Shown piece by piece: positions 11,741-25,199 of a stretch of 64,000 nt of DNA (positions are counted from its first letter, which is position 1; every line of letters begins with the position of its first letter). The translations under genes and the position numbers were made by a program. The DNA is from Squalus acanthias (Eukaryota), in NCBI GenBank assembly GCA_030390025.1, contig CM059432.1:50284001-50348000 (forward strand), in the 5' to 3' direction. Under the pieces are notes generated by a model, which was not told where the DNA came from, ran no database searches, and was given only the letters and a program-made list of their open reading frames with translations.

Positions 11741-14265
11741 TATGTTTGCCTTTCAGAGAGCTGGTACAGGTGCAATGGGTTGAATGGCTTCCTTTAATGC
11801 TTGAAAATTCTATGATTCTATAACATATATGTTTACAGTGGGACAATGATATACTAAACGGGCAGAAAGGGAATACAGGACAGTGAATGTGTTGGCCAGG
11901 CTGTACTTGCTTGGATGGCATTATACAAGAGAAGATTGGAGTGATTCATTGGCTGTATCTTTGTGGGAAGGGAATTTTTTTTTTACTGTAGTTGCACACA
12001 GTGCTTTGAACACGAAGAGGAAGAAAGAAAGATATTGAACCAGTCAGCACAATGTACAACAACAATTTTATCAGGCTCACTGTGCATGAAATACTATGGT
12101 TTCATAAAAGACCCCTAATGAGCTGTTTGTTAAATAACTTAAATAGCTAGTGATTAATATTTAAATCATTGCCTCAAACTCTTTGACTTTTTGGTTTTGA
12201 TCAATGAAAGATTCTTCAAGCTTAGCAATGTTGTGTTCTCTGGGGGAATTTTTTTAGCAGCTGGTATTTTTAAAGAATATTAATGCCATGATGTAAATAT
12301 TAATGAATTTGAAATTTGTAAGAAGTGTTTGCTTCTTTTCATTACTCTAATTGTTTTTAGGTTGATAATGAAGACCCTGAAGATGCCTCCACATAGTCCC
12401 TCAATCTTCTATGTCAAACATGTAGTCAGTCTGCATTGTATAGATAACGGAGATGAAGAGAATGCAGGCAAACACTGGAGACTCAAATAAAAAACATGAG
12501 GTGGTCTCAGATAACACCAGCTTCAACCGAAGACAATAGATCTGCTTTCCCCTCAGCAAAAGTGCTTTTGATCAATCTGACAAAAGTCTAAATCCATGAC
12601 CTTTGTTTCCTAGCGGAATGTCTCACATTATTTGGCTTCAGTGCACTCAGAGGTCATATTGAGACATGACGCCCAGTTCGTCTGCCATTTTTGTACTGAT
12701 AGATACCCAAAACCATTTTGCATTAACAAAAGAGTGCCAGTATAATAGCATAACTCCATCTCTCTGCTCCTCTTCCCTATTTTCATGACTTCCACTCAGT
12801 TTTCATCTCTCGTTCTGTCGAGCCATCTCTAATAATTTAGTCTAGATTCTCCCAACACATGCCTTGTGTTTCTGTTAACTTCTTATTGGGCTCTTTGAGC
12901 CTTCTGTATCAATTTGTACTGTATGAACAAACAACAACAACAACAACTTGTATTTATATAGGATAATAAAGCTATTTTTTTTTAAAAACTAACGAAAAAG
13001 TAATCACATCTTGGGCTTGAAAAATATTGAAGAGAAAACACTCAATAAAATAGAAACAGTCAAAAAAAATAAGAAAAATAATTGAAGAAATTTAACTTGG
13101 AATAAGTTGGGAAAAACAGCAAAAGTAATATAGAAAGAGTAAATATAATAATACTAATGTTTATTGCCATCATACGAGCTACTTACACCGACAACACTTT
13201 ATTAATATATATATTTATATTCTATTGTTATTTCAGCTTCATGGTCATTCAGTAATGTCAGTACTGCAAGCTTCTTTCATTTAATTACTATTTGTTTCTG
13301 GACATTGGCTAGGTACTATATATTTCTTTAAAATCACGATGTTTCATTGTACCCTATATAATTTTATTTTCTCTGTACCAAAAATGGCACACCAATCACA
13401 TATCTGTGCATAGTTTCCCAACATCACCTGCTAATCAACCATCCTGTACTCCTTAATAATCAGTAATATTTACTTGCCCAGAATTACTACACAGCTGCTT
13501 TGATATCTCCAAAACCTTAAGGGCTTTGAATGCAATTTCAGACTCTTCAAATATCAAGATACCACCTGTTAAAATGATAGTGACAATAAAATCTCACATT
13601 TCTAACAATTTCTACAGGGGTTACCTGAGGGTGAAAAGATCTAAAGTTAAAGCCAACATTGGCACAAAATGGCTAACACCATCTGGTCTGAACAGAAGTA
13701 AAATGATAAAGAAATTACAGAAACTGAGGCCGGAATTTTGCCTACCTCGGCCGGTCCAGTGCGGGTGGGGGCGATGACGGGTTGCAACCCCGCTGCTGGC
13801 TCCATCACACTGCTGAAAATGACTTTCCCTTAATAGGGCCTATTAAGCCCGTCCAGCACATTACTCGACCCAATTAAATGGAGCGGGTCTGGTGACGTCA
13901 TTCATGAGGCGTTTTCAGCCGGGATCTTAGAAGGGACCATGGCCACATAAGATTTGACGTTTAATCTAACATAGTGCTGTCAGTGTACTACAGCATTGGA
14001 GTGCTGCAAACACTGACAATGACTGCACAGAGGCCAAGGGCTGCACCCAGGTTCTCCGATGACTCCCTCCATATGCTTATGGAGGGCATCATAGCACAGA
14101 GGGAGGTCCTCTTCCCTTCCGATGGGCGGAAGAGACTCACACCAACTTACCTTGCACCTCCACCCATCCCTCTCTATCTGCATTATCACATCCCTATCTC
14201 ACTAGCCACCCATCATACTCACCCTCATCTTAGTGCAATCATACCAACTAACAACACACAAGGGT

Positions 14266-14650
14266 GTTGCCGTCTATGGCGTCGCCCCTCCCTGTCTCTA
14301 TAATCTCCTTCAGCTCCACAACCACCCGAGATATCTGCGCTCCTCTAATTCTGCCCTCTTGAGTATCCCTGATTATAATCGCTCAAGCTTTGGTGGCCAT
14401 GCCTACTGTTGCCTCGGCCCTAAGCTCTGGAATTCCCTCCCTAACCCTCTCCACCTTGCTACCTCTCTTTCCTCCTTTAAGACGCTCCTTAAAACCTACC
14501 TCTTTGACCAAGCTTTTGGTCACCTGCCCTAATTTATCCTTATGTGGCTCAATGTCAAATTTTTTGTCTTACAATACTCCTGAGCAGCATCTTGGGACAT
14601 TTTACTACGTTAAAGGTGCTATATAAATACAGGTGGTTGTTGTTGTTGTT
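14266..14650 (+). mobile_element. L2 LINE 3' fragment
   Basis: RYLRSSNSALLSIP...LWNSLP...FKTLLKTYLF ORF2 C-terminus; ggtgctatataaat plus (GTT)n tail. Confidence 0.85.
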
Positions 14651-15112
14651 GTTTTATCCAATGTTTATGTAAAGTTTCTGTTAATGTGGTGTCAAACATA
14701 AAAATCTTTATTTTCAACACTTTGTGTTCTTGGACAGATTTGTGTGCACCTTTGAAAGTGGCTTAGTGAGTTGCAGTGAATGGTGAGACGCAATAGTACC
14801 TCCCTGCAATGGTGATGAGTGTGAAAACAATGGCTTGGGCATTGTAGGGATGCTTTATGGTGTTGGTATGGGATGGTGGCAACCTGGCGCATCATGTGGC
14901 AGCCATATGGGTGTACAGCGTAAAGTTAACTAAACCTGGCCATGGTGAGGCCATCCCTGGCCTCCTTTGCAGTATCAGGTGATTGCGGAAAAGATTGTTA
15001 TTGTTGCTGGTGCTGCTGGTGCAGCTGGTGTTGGGGCTCATCGTGGTCCGATTCTGAGGACCAAGGTGAGAAAGTATAAAGGGCACCCATGTTGCTGGAA
15101 TAGATGGCAGGT

Positions 15113-17266
15113 TTTTCTTTTATTTGTTCATGGGATGTGCACGTCACTGGCAAGGCCAGCATTTATTGCCCATCCCTAGTTGCCTTTGAGAAGATGGTGG
15201 TGAGCCGCCTTCTTGAACCGCTGCAGTCCGTGTGGTGAAGGTACTCCCACAGTGCTGTTAGGGAGGGAGTTCCAGGATTTTGACCCAGCGACAATGAAGG
15301 AACGGCGATATACTTCCAAGTCAGGATAGTGTGTGACTTGGAGGAGAACTTGGAGGTGGTGGTGTTCCCATGCATCTGCTGCCCTTGTCCTTCTAGATGG
15401 TAGAGATTTGGGAGGTGCTGCCGAAGAAGCCGTGGCAAGTTGTTGCAGTGCATTTTGTAGATGGTACACACTGCAGCCACGGTACGCCGGTGGTGGAGGG
15501 AGTGAATGTTTAAGATGGTGGATGGGGTGGCAATCAAGCGGATTGCTTTATCTTGGATGGTGTCGAGCTTCTTGAGTGTTGTTGGAGCTGCACTCATCCA
15601 TCTAAGTGGGGAGTATTCCATCACACTCCTGACTTGTGCCTTGTAGATGGTGGAAAGGCTTTGGGGAGTCAGGAGGTGAGACACGCACCGCAGAATACCT
15701 AGCCTCTGACCTGCTCTTGTTGCCACAGTATTTATGTGGCTGGTCCAGTTAAGTTTCTGGTCAATGGTGACCCCCAGGATATTGATGGTGGGGGATTCAG
15801 TGATGGTAATGCTGTTGAATGTCAAGGGGCGGTTAGACGCTCGCTTATTGGAGATAGTCATTGCCTGGCACTTGTGTGGCACAAATGTTACCTGCCACTT
15901 ATCAGCCTAAGCCTGAATGTCGTCCAGGTCTTGCTGCATACCGGCAATAGACTGCTTCATTATCTGAGGAGTTGTGAATGGCACTGAACACTGTGCAGTC
16001 ATCAGCGAACATCCCCACTTCTGACCTTATGATGGAGGGAAAGTCATTGATGAAGCAGTTGAAGATGGTTGGGCCTAGGACACTGCCCTGAGGAACTCCT
16101 GCAGCGATGTCCTGGGGCTGTGATGTTTGACCTCCAACCACCACAACCATCTTCCTTTGTGCTAGGTATGACTACAGCCAGTGGAGAGTTTTCCCCCCTG
16201 ATTCCCATTTACTTCAGTTTTACAAGGGCTCCTTGATGCCACACTCGGTCAAATGCTGCCTTGATGTCAAGGGCAGTCACTCTCACCTCACCTCTGGAAT
16301 TCAGCTCTTTTATCCCTGTTTGGACCAAGGCTGTAATGAGGTCTGGAGCCGCGTTGTCCTGGCGGAACCCAAACTGGGCATTATTTGTGAGTAAGTTCTG
16401 CTTGATAGCACTGTCGACGACACCTTCTATCACTTTGCTGATGATTGAGAATAGACTGATGGAACGGTAATTGGCCAGATTGGAATTGTCCTACTTTTTG
16501 TGGACAGCACATACCTGGGCAGTTTTCCATATTGTCGGATAGATGCCAGTGTTGTAGCTGTACTGGAACAACCTGGCTAGAGGCGTGGCTAGTTCTGGAG
16601 CGCAAGTCTTCAGCACGACAGCCGGGATGTTGTCGGGGCCCATACCCTTTGCTGTATCCAGTGCACTCAGCCGTTTCTTGATATCACGTGGAGTGAATCG
16701 AATTGACTGAAGACTGGCTTCTGTGATGGTGGGGACCTCAGGAGTAGGCCGATATGGATCATCCACTCAGCACTTCTGGCTGAAGATGGTTGCAAATGCT
16801 TCAACTTTGTCTTTTGCACTCATGTGCTGGGCTCCACCATCATTGAGGATGGGGATATTCATGGAGCCTCCTCCTCCCGTTAGTTGTTTAATGGTCCACC
16901 ACCATTCACGACTGGATGTGGCAGGACTGCAGAGCTTTGATCTGATCCGTTGATTGTGGGATCGCTTAGCTCTGTCTATAGCATGCTGATTCTGCTTTTT
17001 AGAATGCATCTAGTCCTGTGTTGCAGCTTCCCCAGGTTGGCACCGCATTTTTCAGTACGTCTGGTGCTGCTCCTGGCATGCTCTTCTACACTCCTTATTG
17101 AACCAGAGTTGGTCCCCTGGCTTGGTAGTAATAGTAGAGTGAGGGATATGCCGGGCTATGAGGTTACAGATTGTGGTGGAATACAATTCTGCTGCTGCTG
17201 ATGGCCCACAGCGCCTCATGGGTGGCCAGTTTTGAGCTGCTAAATCTGTTCTGAATCTATCCCATT
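15113..17266 (-). mobile_element. 5'-truncated CR1-group (Zenon-like) LINE, decayed RT
   Basis: LDIKAAFDRVWH, GVPQGSVLGP, FADD and YKAQVRSVMEY motifs over several frames; A-rich tail; 8-bp TSD TGGCAGGT (15105-15112, 17267-17274). Confidence 0.85.
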
Positions 17267-17823
17267 TGGCAGGTGAAGTACAGATGGCAGAAGCATTCTG
17301 TCAATGGTGAGAGAGTTCTTCCAATAAGGTGAGACTTGATGGAGACTTTGTTGGAAAGACTTGCAGCCTGCAGAATCTGTGCTGGAAATGGACTGAGAAA
17401 CAGCTTCTGCCTGAAGAAATTGATCATCTGTCAGGTGGGAGCTTTTACTGTACATTTGATGCTGTCAAGTAATCAGCTGGAACAATGGCCATGGATCTCC
17501 CGCCTCAGGTTGACAGACGTGCTTCCCGAGCAGCGTGGTTCCTGTGGCCATGCAGTTAAATTTAAAAAGTAAGTTAAAAAAGCCTGTTATGGGTCTGATA
17601 ACTAGCTGTTAATCATCTCAATTGGGTTGCCCACTGCTGCCGGTCGGGTCAGCTCCGCGACGACAGATGTGCAGGGGGGAAAGGTGCGTGGGGGGTGTCA
17701 AAAATAACAACTTTCCCACCTGACCCGCCACCGATCTCGCCCACTACTACCCCGGAAAATTACAGAGTGAATTGAAATGAACTATCTCATCAAATTAAAA
17801 TTGTTGTATCAGGTTAACCTACT

Positions 17824-18061
17824 AAAGAAAGAAAGACTTGCATTTATATAGGGCCTTTCACAACCTCAGGACATCCCAAAGTGCTTTGTACAGCCAATTA
17901 AATTCTTTTGCAGTGTAGTCACTGTTGTAAAGTAAGAAACACGGCAGCCAATTTGCGCACAGCAAGGTCCCACAAACAGTAATAATATAATGACCAGATA
18001 ATCTGTTTTAGTAATGTTTGCCAAGGGATAAATTTGGCCAGGATACTGGGGAGAACTCCCC
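17824..18061 (-). mobile_element. SacSINE1/DeuSINE-like 3' half
   Basis: Close match to 44050-44290. Confidence 0.75.
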
Positions 18062-18245
18062 TAAGCTAAACTACTCTAACAGCTTAGTCTATTACTGTGC
18101 ATTGTATTAATCAAGTGTTAACAGTAGATGTTAGGCATAGATGTTATTTAAATGCAATTACAGCAGTAAAGACATTTTAGGCGTGAAGAGAAGCAGCAGG
18201 GTGAGACCGAGTGTTTGTGTGATAATACATGTAGGTTCAAATTTC

Positions 18246-19403
18246 ATCCTGTTCCAACTCCTCACTTCCACTGTCCAGCTGGGTGGGACTGCCCTTACCT
18301 GGTTCCACTCCTATCTATCCAGTCGTAGCAAGAGAATCACCTGCAATGGCTTCTCTTTCCGCTCCTGCAACGATACCTCTGGAGTGCCCCAAGGATCAAT
18401 TCTTGCAACCCCATCCGCCGCCCCACCCCCCCCCCACCCCTCCACCATCTACACGCTGCCCCTCGGCGACATCATCTGAAAACACAACATCAGTTTCCAC
18501 ATGTACGCTGACAGCACCCAGCTCTACCTCACCACTACTTCACTCGACCCCTCCATTGCCTCTGATTTGTCACACTGCTTGTCTGACATCCCATATAGGA
18601 TGAGCAGAAATTTCCTCCAATTAAATATTGGGAAGACTGAAGCCATTGTTTTCGGTTCCCGCCACAAACTCTGTTCCCAAGCCATTGATTCCACCCCTCT
18701 CCCTGGCCACTGGCTGACCTGAGCCAGATTCTTCACAACATTGGTGTCTTATTTGACCCTGAGCTCAGCTTCCCACCCCATATCCTCTCCATCACCAAGA
18801 ACGCCTACTTCCACCTCCGTAACACCGTCTCCCCCCGTGCTCAGGTCATCTGCTGCTAAAACCCTCATTCATGCCTTTTTTTACCTCTAGACTCGAGTAT
18901 TCCAATGCTCTCCTGGCCGGCATCCCACCTTGCACCCTCCGTAAACTTGAGCTCATCCAAAACTCTGATTCACACTAAGTCTTGTTCACACATCACCCCT
19001 ATGCTTGCTGACCTACATTCGCTCCCGGTCTGGCAATTTAAAATTCTCATCCATTTTCAAATCCCTCCATGGCCTCGCCTCTTTCTACCTCTGTAACCTC
19101 CTCCACCCTTCGGGATCTCTGCGCTCCTCCAATTATGCTCTCTTTCGCATCCCTGATTTCTTCACTCCACCTTCAGCTGCCTAGGCCCTAAGCTCTGTAA
19201 TTCCCACCCTAAACCTCTCCGCCTCTCTATCCTCCTGTAAGACCAAGTTTTTCAAATCCCTCCATGGCCTCGCCGCTTCCTATCTCTGTAACCTCCTTCT
19301 TATGTGGCTCGGTGTCAAATTTTGTCTGATAAGGCTCCTGTGCCGCCTTACGACATTTTACTGCATTAGAGGCACTATATAATTGCAAGTTGTTGTTGTT
19401 GTT
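18246..19403 (+). mobile_element. L2 LINE fragment (RT and 3' end)
   Basis: GVPQGSIL, MYADSTQLY, LQLNIGKTEAIVFG; tail gcaagttgttgttg. Confidence 0.85.
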
Positions 19404-19672
19404 GCTCACATCCTGATATGAGTTACATCAAACAACTCTGGGGCCTCCCGGGAGAAGGATGAATCATACCTGGGAGGCTTCTGCCATCTTCTAGCAGATG
19501 CTTACGAGACACTCAAGGAGCAGGTTGTGCGCTCACCATACTTTCTGCATAGTATCAAGACAAAATTTTTAAAAACTGAAAAGAAATTACAGAAAAAAGT
19601 GAGAAAAACTTTCCCATGGAATAGCTGCATGGAAAACCAACATTAAAGGAAAACCCATGAAGAAGAGATACA

Positions 19673-20566
19673 GGAGGAGAAATTCAGTATCGCCCCATTT
19701 GCGGCGCAATTATCGGCCGGGCGCAAAGATTAGCGCCTGGCGCTAATTATCGCCTCCAACTGCAAACTTGACTTTTTTCGCCCCTGGAGGTGATTGGAGC
19801 GCTAAATCAGGTGCTACACATCTGTCTTAAGGCGCAAAGGCCGAGGAGCGAGGCGCTAACTCAGAGCGCTGGCGAAGCTCATGTGATGTCAGTCAGCAAT
19901 GGAACACAGACACAATGGTGCCAGCCAGTTCCTAAAGGGGATGGTTGATCTTGCTTTCCATCCACATCCTGCTCATTGCAGCCTTGAATCTCGGCCTGGA
20001 GAGACCTGTACACCAAATCTGCTGGAATGAAAATGGAGAGAACCAGGGAAAGAGCTCAGAGTACAGCCCCCACAATCTCTTCTAAATCGATACAAGGAAG
20101 GGCAAATCAAAATAAACCTGCAAAGTGCTGCTCAGTAACCAAAACTCCTTCACACAGCGTTGAATCTCTCCAGAAGTCTCTCTCTCTCTCTCTCTCAGGA
20201 TGCGTGGTTCAAAAATGTCACCAACAAAAAAAGGCAGGAAGTGGTCACTTTTAAATAGCGCTCCCCCAGTCCCTTCCTGACTGCAAAACGCTCCCCTCAA
20301 CCTGTCGTTGCTAGCGGCAGGCGGTAAGGCAGGGGGCGCCACTCAATATCCACTCCGGGGCGCTACCGGGGCATTGCGCACTCGACTGTCGTCACAATCT
20401 GCCAGCGCAGGAGATCGTGGCGGTAGTGTTTAGCGCCGCTGCAAAATGTCTAGTTAATTTCGCGAGCGGCGCAAACATCGCCACGCCCGGGCGCTAGTTG
20501 CTTTGCGCCCCATTAGCGCCCTCTTAAGGTGCTAATGGGAGGCGCAACCAACTGAATTTTTCCCCC
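19673..20566. mobile_element. Harbinger MITE related to intact copy C
   Basis: 16-bp TIRs (14/16 match) with ACA TSD; left part matches the reverse complement of about 57640-57839; right part matches the nuclease 5' region 53848-54040. Confidence 0.85.
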
Positions 20567-20586
20567 ACAAGACCATTAATGGAAGA

Positions 20587-20973
20587 CATGATGTGGAGAT
20601 AGCCAAGTTCCGCACTCATGAGGATGGCCTCAATCGCGATATCGGGTTCATGTCACGATACAGAACGTGACTTGACATCATGGCCGGTCTTCCCAGGTGT
20701 TTTTTTTTTAAAAAGTCTAACACAAGAACACAAATTGACAGGATATGCAGCCAGCAGGTGGTTTGACACGTTGGACCCCCTGGGACACATCTCATTGTCT
20801 TGGCTATGCTCTTTGTTGTAGGGAATAATGTGAATAGATTTTGTCTGGGTTTAAATTGTGAATTCTGGGAGATTCTCTCATTGCTAACTTACCTGACGAA
20901 GGAGCAAACTGCTTCGAAAGCTTGTAAAATTAAATAAATCTGTTGGACTATAACCTGGTGTTGTGCGACTTCT
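20587..20973 (+). mobile_element. Penelope-like element 3' fragment (GIY-YIG C-terminus plus pLTR)
   Basis: IAKFRTHEDGLNRDIGFMSRY peptide; 13-bp direct repeat CATTAATGGAAGA at 20574-20586 and 20974-20986. Confidence 0.75.
20889..20927 (+). ncRNA. Minimal type I hammerhead ribozyme motif
   Basis: UUAC-CUGACGA-A-GGAGCA(AAC)UGCUUC-GAAAG-CUU-GUAA; stem I UUAC/GUAA, 6-bp stem II, palindromic AAGCUU stem III. Confidence 0.7.
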
Positions 20974-22475
20974 CATTAATGGAAGAAGCAGACACATCAC
21001 CAAAGATGCCATCAATGCCTCCAAAAACAACTACTAGAAGGGGCCGGGGACTGTCCAGGTATCTGTCACGACTGTCGTATACATTGTGACCATTGAGTCC
21101 ATCTCTCGATTTTCTTCTTTATCAAAAGTGTCCTATCTCAATGGATTAGTTTATATTTTTTCTCCCTTTTAATTGGTTATTTTGGTTACTCTCCATTTTT
21201 GTTATTCACTGAACATATCGCGCAAATACTTTCTCCTCTGTTTCAGTTTCCAATCACATTTTAGCAAAAGATTCGATTCAATCACATTTCAGCAGAAACA
21301 ATTCTCCACTACAGTTCCTCACCTACCACATTATATATTACTAAAAATAAAATCTAGCATGTAACAGACACAGAAAAAAATCATAACAGAAATCACAAAC
21401 TTACTGAGAAGCACGGCTCTAATAACTCCCTCTTTCACAATAACCAAACACCCTGGATGACCTGTGAAACGTTCTTTCATTTAGGAACACCAGTAGCAGT
21501 AATTATCTACATATTAATGCCTTTTACATAGCTGAGTGTATTGCATTACCTCTGTAGCCTGAGGAAGAAACTAACAGTAATATACATATAAAGTAACTGC
21601 CAGTCTCCAATGCAAAGATATTAAAATATATACGAGCCAATATTCCTCCACGCACAATTTGATGGCTCAAGAAATCCGACTGCAGCCGACCTGAACCTGC
21701 TTGTATTTCTGGTTTCAGGTCAGTGCATGTTATGGCCATTTGCTGTGTTCATGTAGCACCTGGGATTGGGCCATCACCGAAAATGGGGAGAAGGTTTGTG
21801 TGCAACTGTAGGCCTTTAAGGAGCTGGTATACCTTAAGAAAACTGTCAAAGTATGACGGCCCAATAGTACCATTCACCGGGTAAATAGTCCAAGTATGTG
21901 TACCACAGAGTGTTGCCTGTCCACATGTTGCAAATTTACTGCTGGCACATGCCAAACCTAAAATAACCTTTTACCACATCAACCATGAAATACTGCATTT
22001 GGAGTGCCTCAAAACTAACCCCCATTATTCATTTTAATTTGACATTTCAACTTCCACAGGACCCTACTGCTTGCATTCAAATGGCTTCGTGCTCACTGAA
22101 TTACCATGAAAGTTTGTATTGCAAGAGCTCCATTTTCACGTTTTTTTTTCAACGTTTTCTGTTCTGCTGAAGTCTTGTAAATGCTTCATTTGCAGTCAGC
22201 TTGCTGGTGAATTAGCAAACATTATTTGGTTATTTTAGGTTCCACATAAACATTGCCTGCAGTTTTGAGAAGAAAAAAAATAAAAACGTTATTTTTTTCC
22301 ATAAAAATGGAGAAAAAAACTACATTAAACAGTACTAAAACATATTGTAAAACTGGGTCAGCGCATATGCATCAATAGACACAGATCCACATGCAGACCA
22401 GATCAAGTGTAAGGAGCACATTAGTGGTTGGAACATGTAGCTGACATTTAAAGGGATGGGAACAATTAAAACCAA

Positions 22476-23210
22476 GGGGGGAAAAATTTGCAATCGACCA
22501 TTTTGGGTCGCTAACATCGCCTGGGCGCTAAATTCAGCGCCCGGCAAAAAATAGCGCCGGCAATCGCTAAATTCAGTTTTAGCGCCCCAAGAGGGAGGTG
22601 GAGCACTAATTCAAGCGCTCCACTTCTTTCTTAGAGCGCTGACCTCGAATATCGGGGTGGTGTGTTCTACAGCGCTACGCACTGGGCCACGTAACGCTGC
22701 CGCCTGGAAGGGTTCCTCCCCTCATTAAAGGGGAGCGCCCAATCCCACAACTCTGTGGGGCCCTACCTGGACCACCGGGGAGCGGGGTGCCGTGCCAGCA
22801 GCCCAGCACACAAGAGGAGTGCCGGGCTGCCAGATCACGGCACGGACCCCACATTCAAAGACGCAATGGGCCGCGACAAGTAAGTCGGCCGATTTTTTTT
22901 CCCCCGCCCACCACCTCCCCTTTACTTAGTGCCCCGCGAGCCTCCTGCCGCTCCGTTCCACCCCCGAATCAGTCGCTGTCATTGCCTGGCGCAGATTCAG
23001 GGGGTCAATTTTGCAGGCGGAGTGAAAACGGGGCGCTGCGCACGGTGATGACGTCGTCATTGCCTGCGTAGCGGAGCGGGGCGCTATCAGTTACTGCCGC
23101 TGCTAAACTCCCGCTGAATTTAGCGGGAGTCGTTTGCGGCATCATGCCTGGGCAAAAAGTTGTTTGCACCCCGTTAAACGAGAGGCGCAAATGTACCGAA
23201 TTTCTAGCCC
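22476..23210. mobile_element. Harbinger-type MITE
   Basis: GGGGGAAAAATTT / GAATTTCTAGCCC ends, CpG-rich, repeated GCGCTA motifs. Confidence 0.7.
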
Positions 23211-23865
23211 CACGTGTCACTCTAGGCTAACAAAAATTCTGAAAGCCTTCAGAAATGCTCAGAAGATATCTGAACCTATCAGTAACTTTTGCCAAGGCTG
23301 AAGGGTCAAAAAATTAAGATGTTACAGACAAAAATGAAGGCAAATAAACCGCATGTGCAGGAATGCGGCTGCAACTGATCGGTTCTGTCACATGTTGTGC
23401 TAGCCTAATGGTGCATATTAACAACAGTTATCTGTACAGCAGATGGCACAGATCTGCATCTGGTTTTGCCTACCCTGTGATGGCACTTCCCTGCAGTCAT
23501 TGCCAGGTGGTTACAAGAATGCCTCCAAATATGGTTGGTGATATTTTGATGGGTATGGCCAATAAAGCTTTAGGGGCTGCTGATTACCCTGGCATGCATT
23601 CTTTCATGCAGTCTCTCATAAAGCATGACAGGACATTATGAAGAACCATCCAACATAATGGTTAGTCTGGCCTTCACACATAGAATTACATAGAATATAC
23701 AGCACAGAAATAGGCCATTCGACCCAACTATACTCCACAGAGTCTCGTGCCATTCCATTTGCCTCATCTCAGCCTTTCAGCATATCTTTCTATTCCCTTC
23801 TCTCTCATGTACTCATCGAGTTTCCTTTTGAAAGCATCTAAGCTATTTGCCTCAACCACTTCCAC

Positions 23866-24992
23866 GTTCGCCTTCACATAGTTCATCTCTGACTCTTCCC
23901 TTCCCTTCCTTGACTTCTCTATCTCCATTTCTGGGGATAGGCTGTCAACCAATATCTACTATAAGCCCACTGATTCCACAGCTACCTTGATTACACTTCC
24001 TCCCACCCCATCTCCTGTACAGTCTCTATTCCTTTCTCCCAGTTTCTCCATCACCGTCGCCATTGCATCTGTTCTGAAGATGCCACCTTCCACACCAATG
24101 CCTCCAATATATTTTCCTTTTCTCTCAACCAAGGATTCCCCTCCACCATGGTTGTCAGGGCCCTCAACTGTGTATGTCCCATTTCCCGTACTTCTGCTTT
24201 CACCCCTTCCCCTCCCTTCCAGAACCACATTAGGGTTCCCCTTGTCCTCACCTTACACTCCACCAGCCTTCACATTCAATGGATCATCCTCTGCCATTTC
24301 TGCCACTTCCAGCACGATGCCACCACCGAACACATCTTGCCCTCCCCTTTCAGCATTCCGAAGGGACAGTTCCCTCCGCGACACCCTGGTCCACTCTTCA
24401 ATCACTGCCAACACTGGCTCCCCTTCTCACGGCACCTTCCCATGCAAGCACAGGAGATTCAACACCTGCCCTTTCACCTCTTCCCTTCCCACCATCCAGG
24501 GCCCCAAACACCCCTTCCAAGTGAAACAGCGTATTTATTTGTACTTCTTTCAATTTAGTATACTGTATTCACTGCTCACAATGTGATCTCCTCTACATTG
24601 GGGAGACCAAACGCAGATTGGATGATCGCTTTGCAGAACACCTCCGTTCAGTCCGCAAGCGTGACCCTGATCTTCTGGTTGCTTGCCATTTTAACTCTCC
24701 ATCCCACTCCCTCTCTGACCTCTCTGTCCCTGGCCTCCTACACTGTTTTAATGAAGCTCAAGGGAAGCTCGAGGAACAGCACCTCATCTTTCGATTAGGC
24801 ACTTTACAGCCTTCCGGACTCAACATTGAGTTCAACAATTTCAGACCATAACCACGGCTCCCATTTTTCCGAACAGCAAATGCTGGTAATGGTCTTGCTG
24901 TTGCCATTTACAGCCCCTCTAGGCCCATCTTTTGTTTATTTACTTGTCCCATTAACACTCCCTTTTGCCTTGCACCATCATCCCTTTCGTCA
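23866..24992 (+). mobile_element. Penelope-like element fragment (RT C-terminus plus GIY-YIG endonuclease), frameshifted
   Basis: SLPFLDFSISISGDRLSTNIYYKPTDS; YIGETKRRLDDRFAEHLRSV...EQHLIFRLGTLQPSGLN. Confidence 0.85.
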
Positions 24993-25199
24993 TTCAGCTA
25001 TTTGTCCCTGGACTCCACATGCCCTAACCATTCTCCGAGTAGAGAAATTTCTCCTTATTTCCCGATTGGGTTTATTAGTAACTATCTTACATTTATGGCC
25101 CCTAGTTTAGGATTCTCTCACAAGTGGAAACATTCTCTCCACATCTACCCTGTCCAACAAATTCATAATTTTAAAGCCCTCTATCAGGTCATCTCTAAG

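Larger units (their letters stand above)
13728..17767. mobile_element. Non-autonomous Harbinger E2 (inverted relative to E1) carrying two LINE insertions
   Basis: GGCCGGAATTTT left TIR, degenerate right TIR, TGA on both sides; Myb start MTAQRPRAAPRFSDDSL at about 14019. Confidence 0.8.

Noticed and set aside
12345..12400. Possible host exon (ttttag|GTTGATAATGAAGACCCT…TAG)
   Set aside because: Only 11 codons, with no partner exons or recognisable protein
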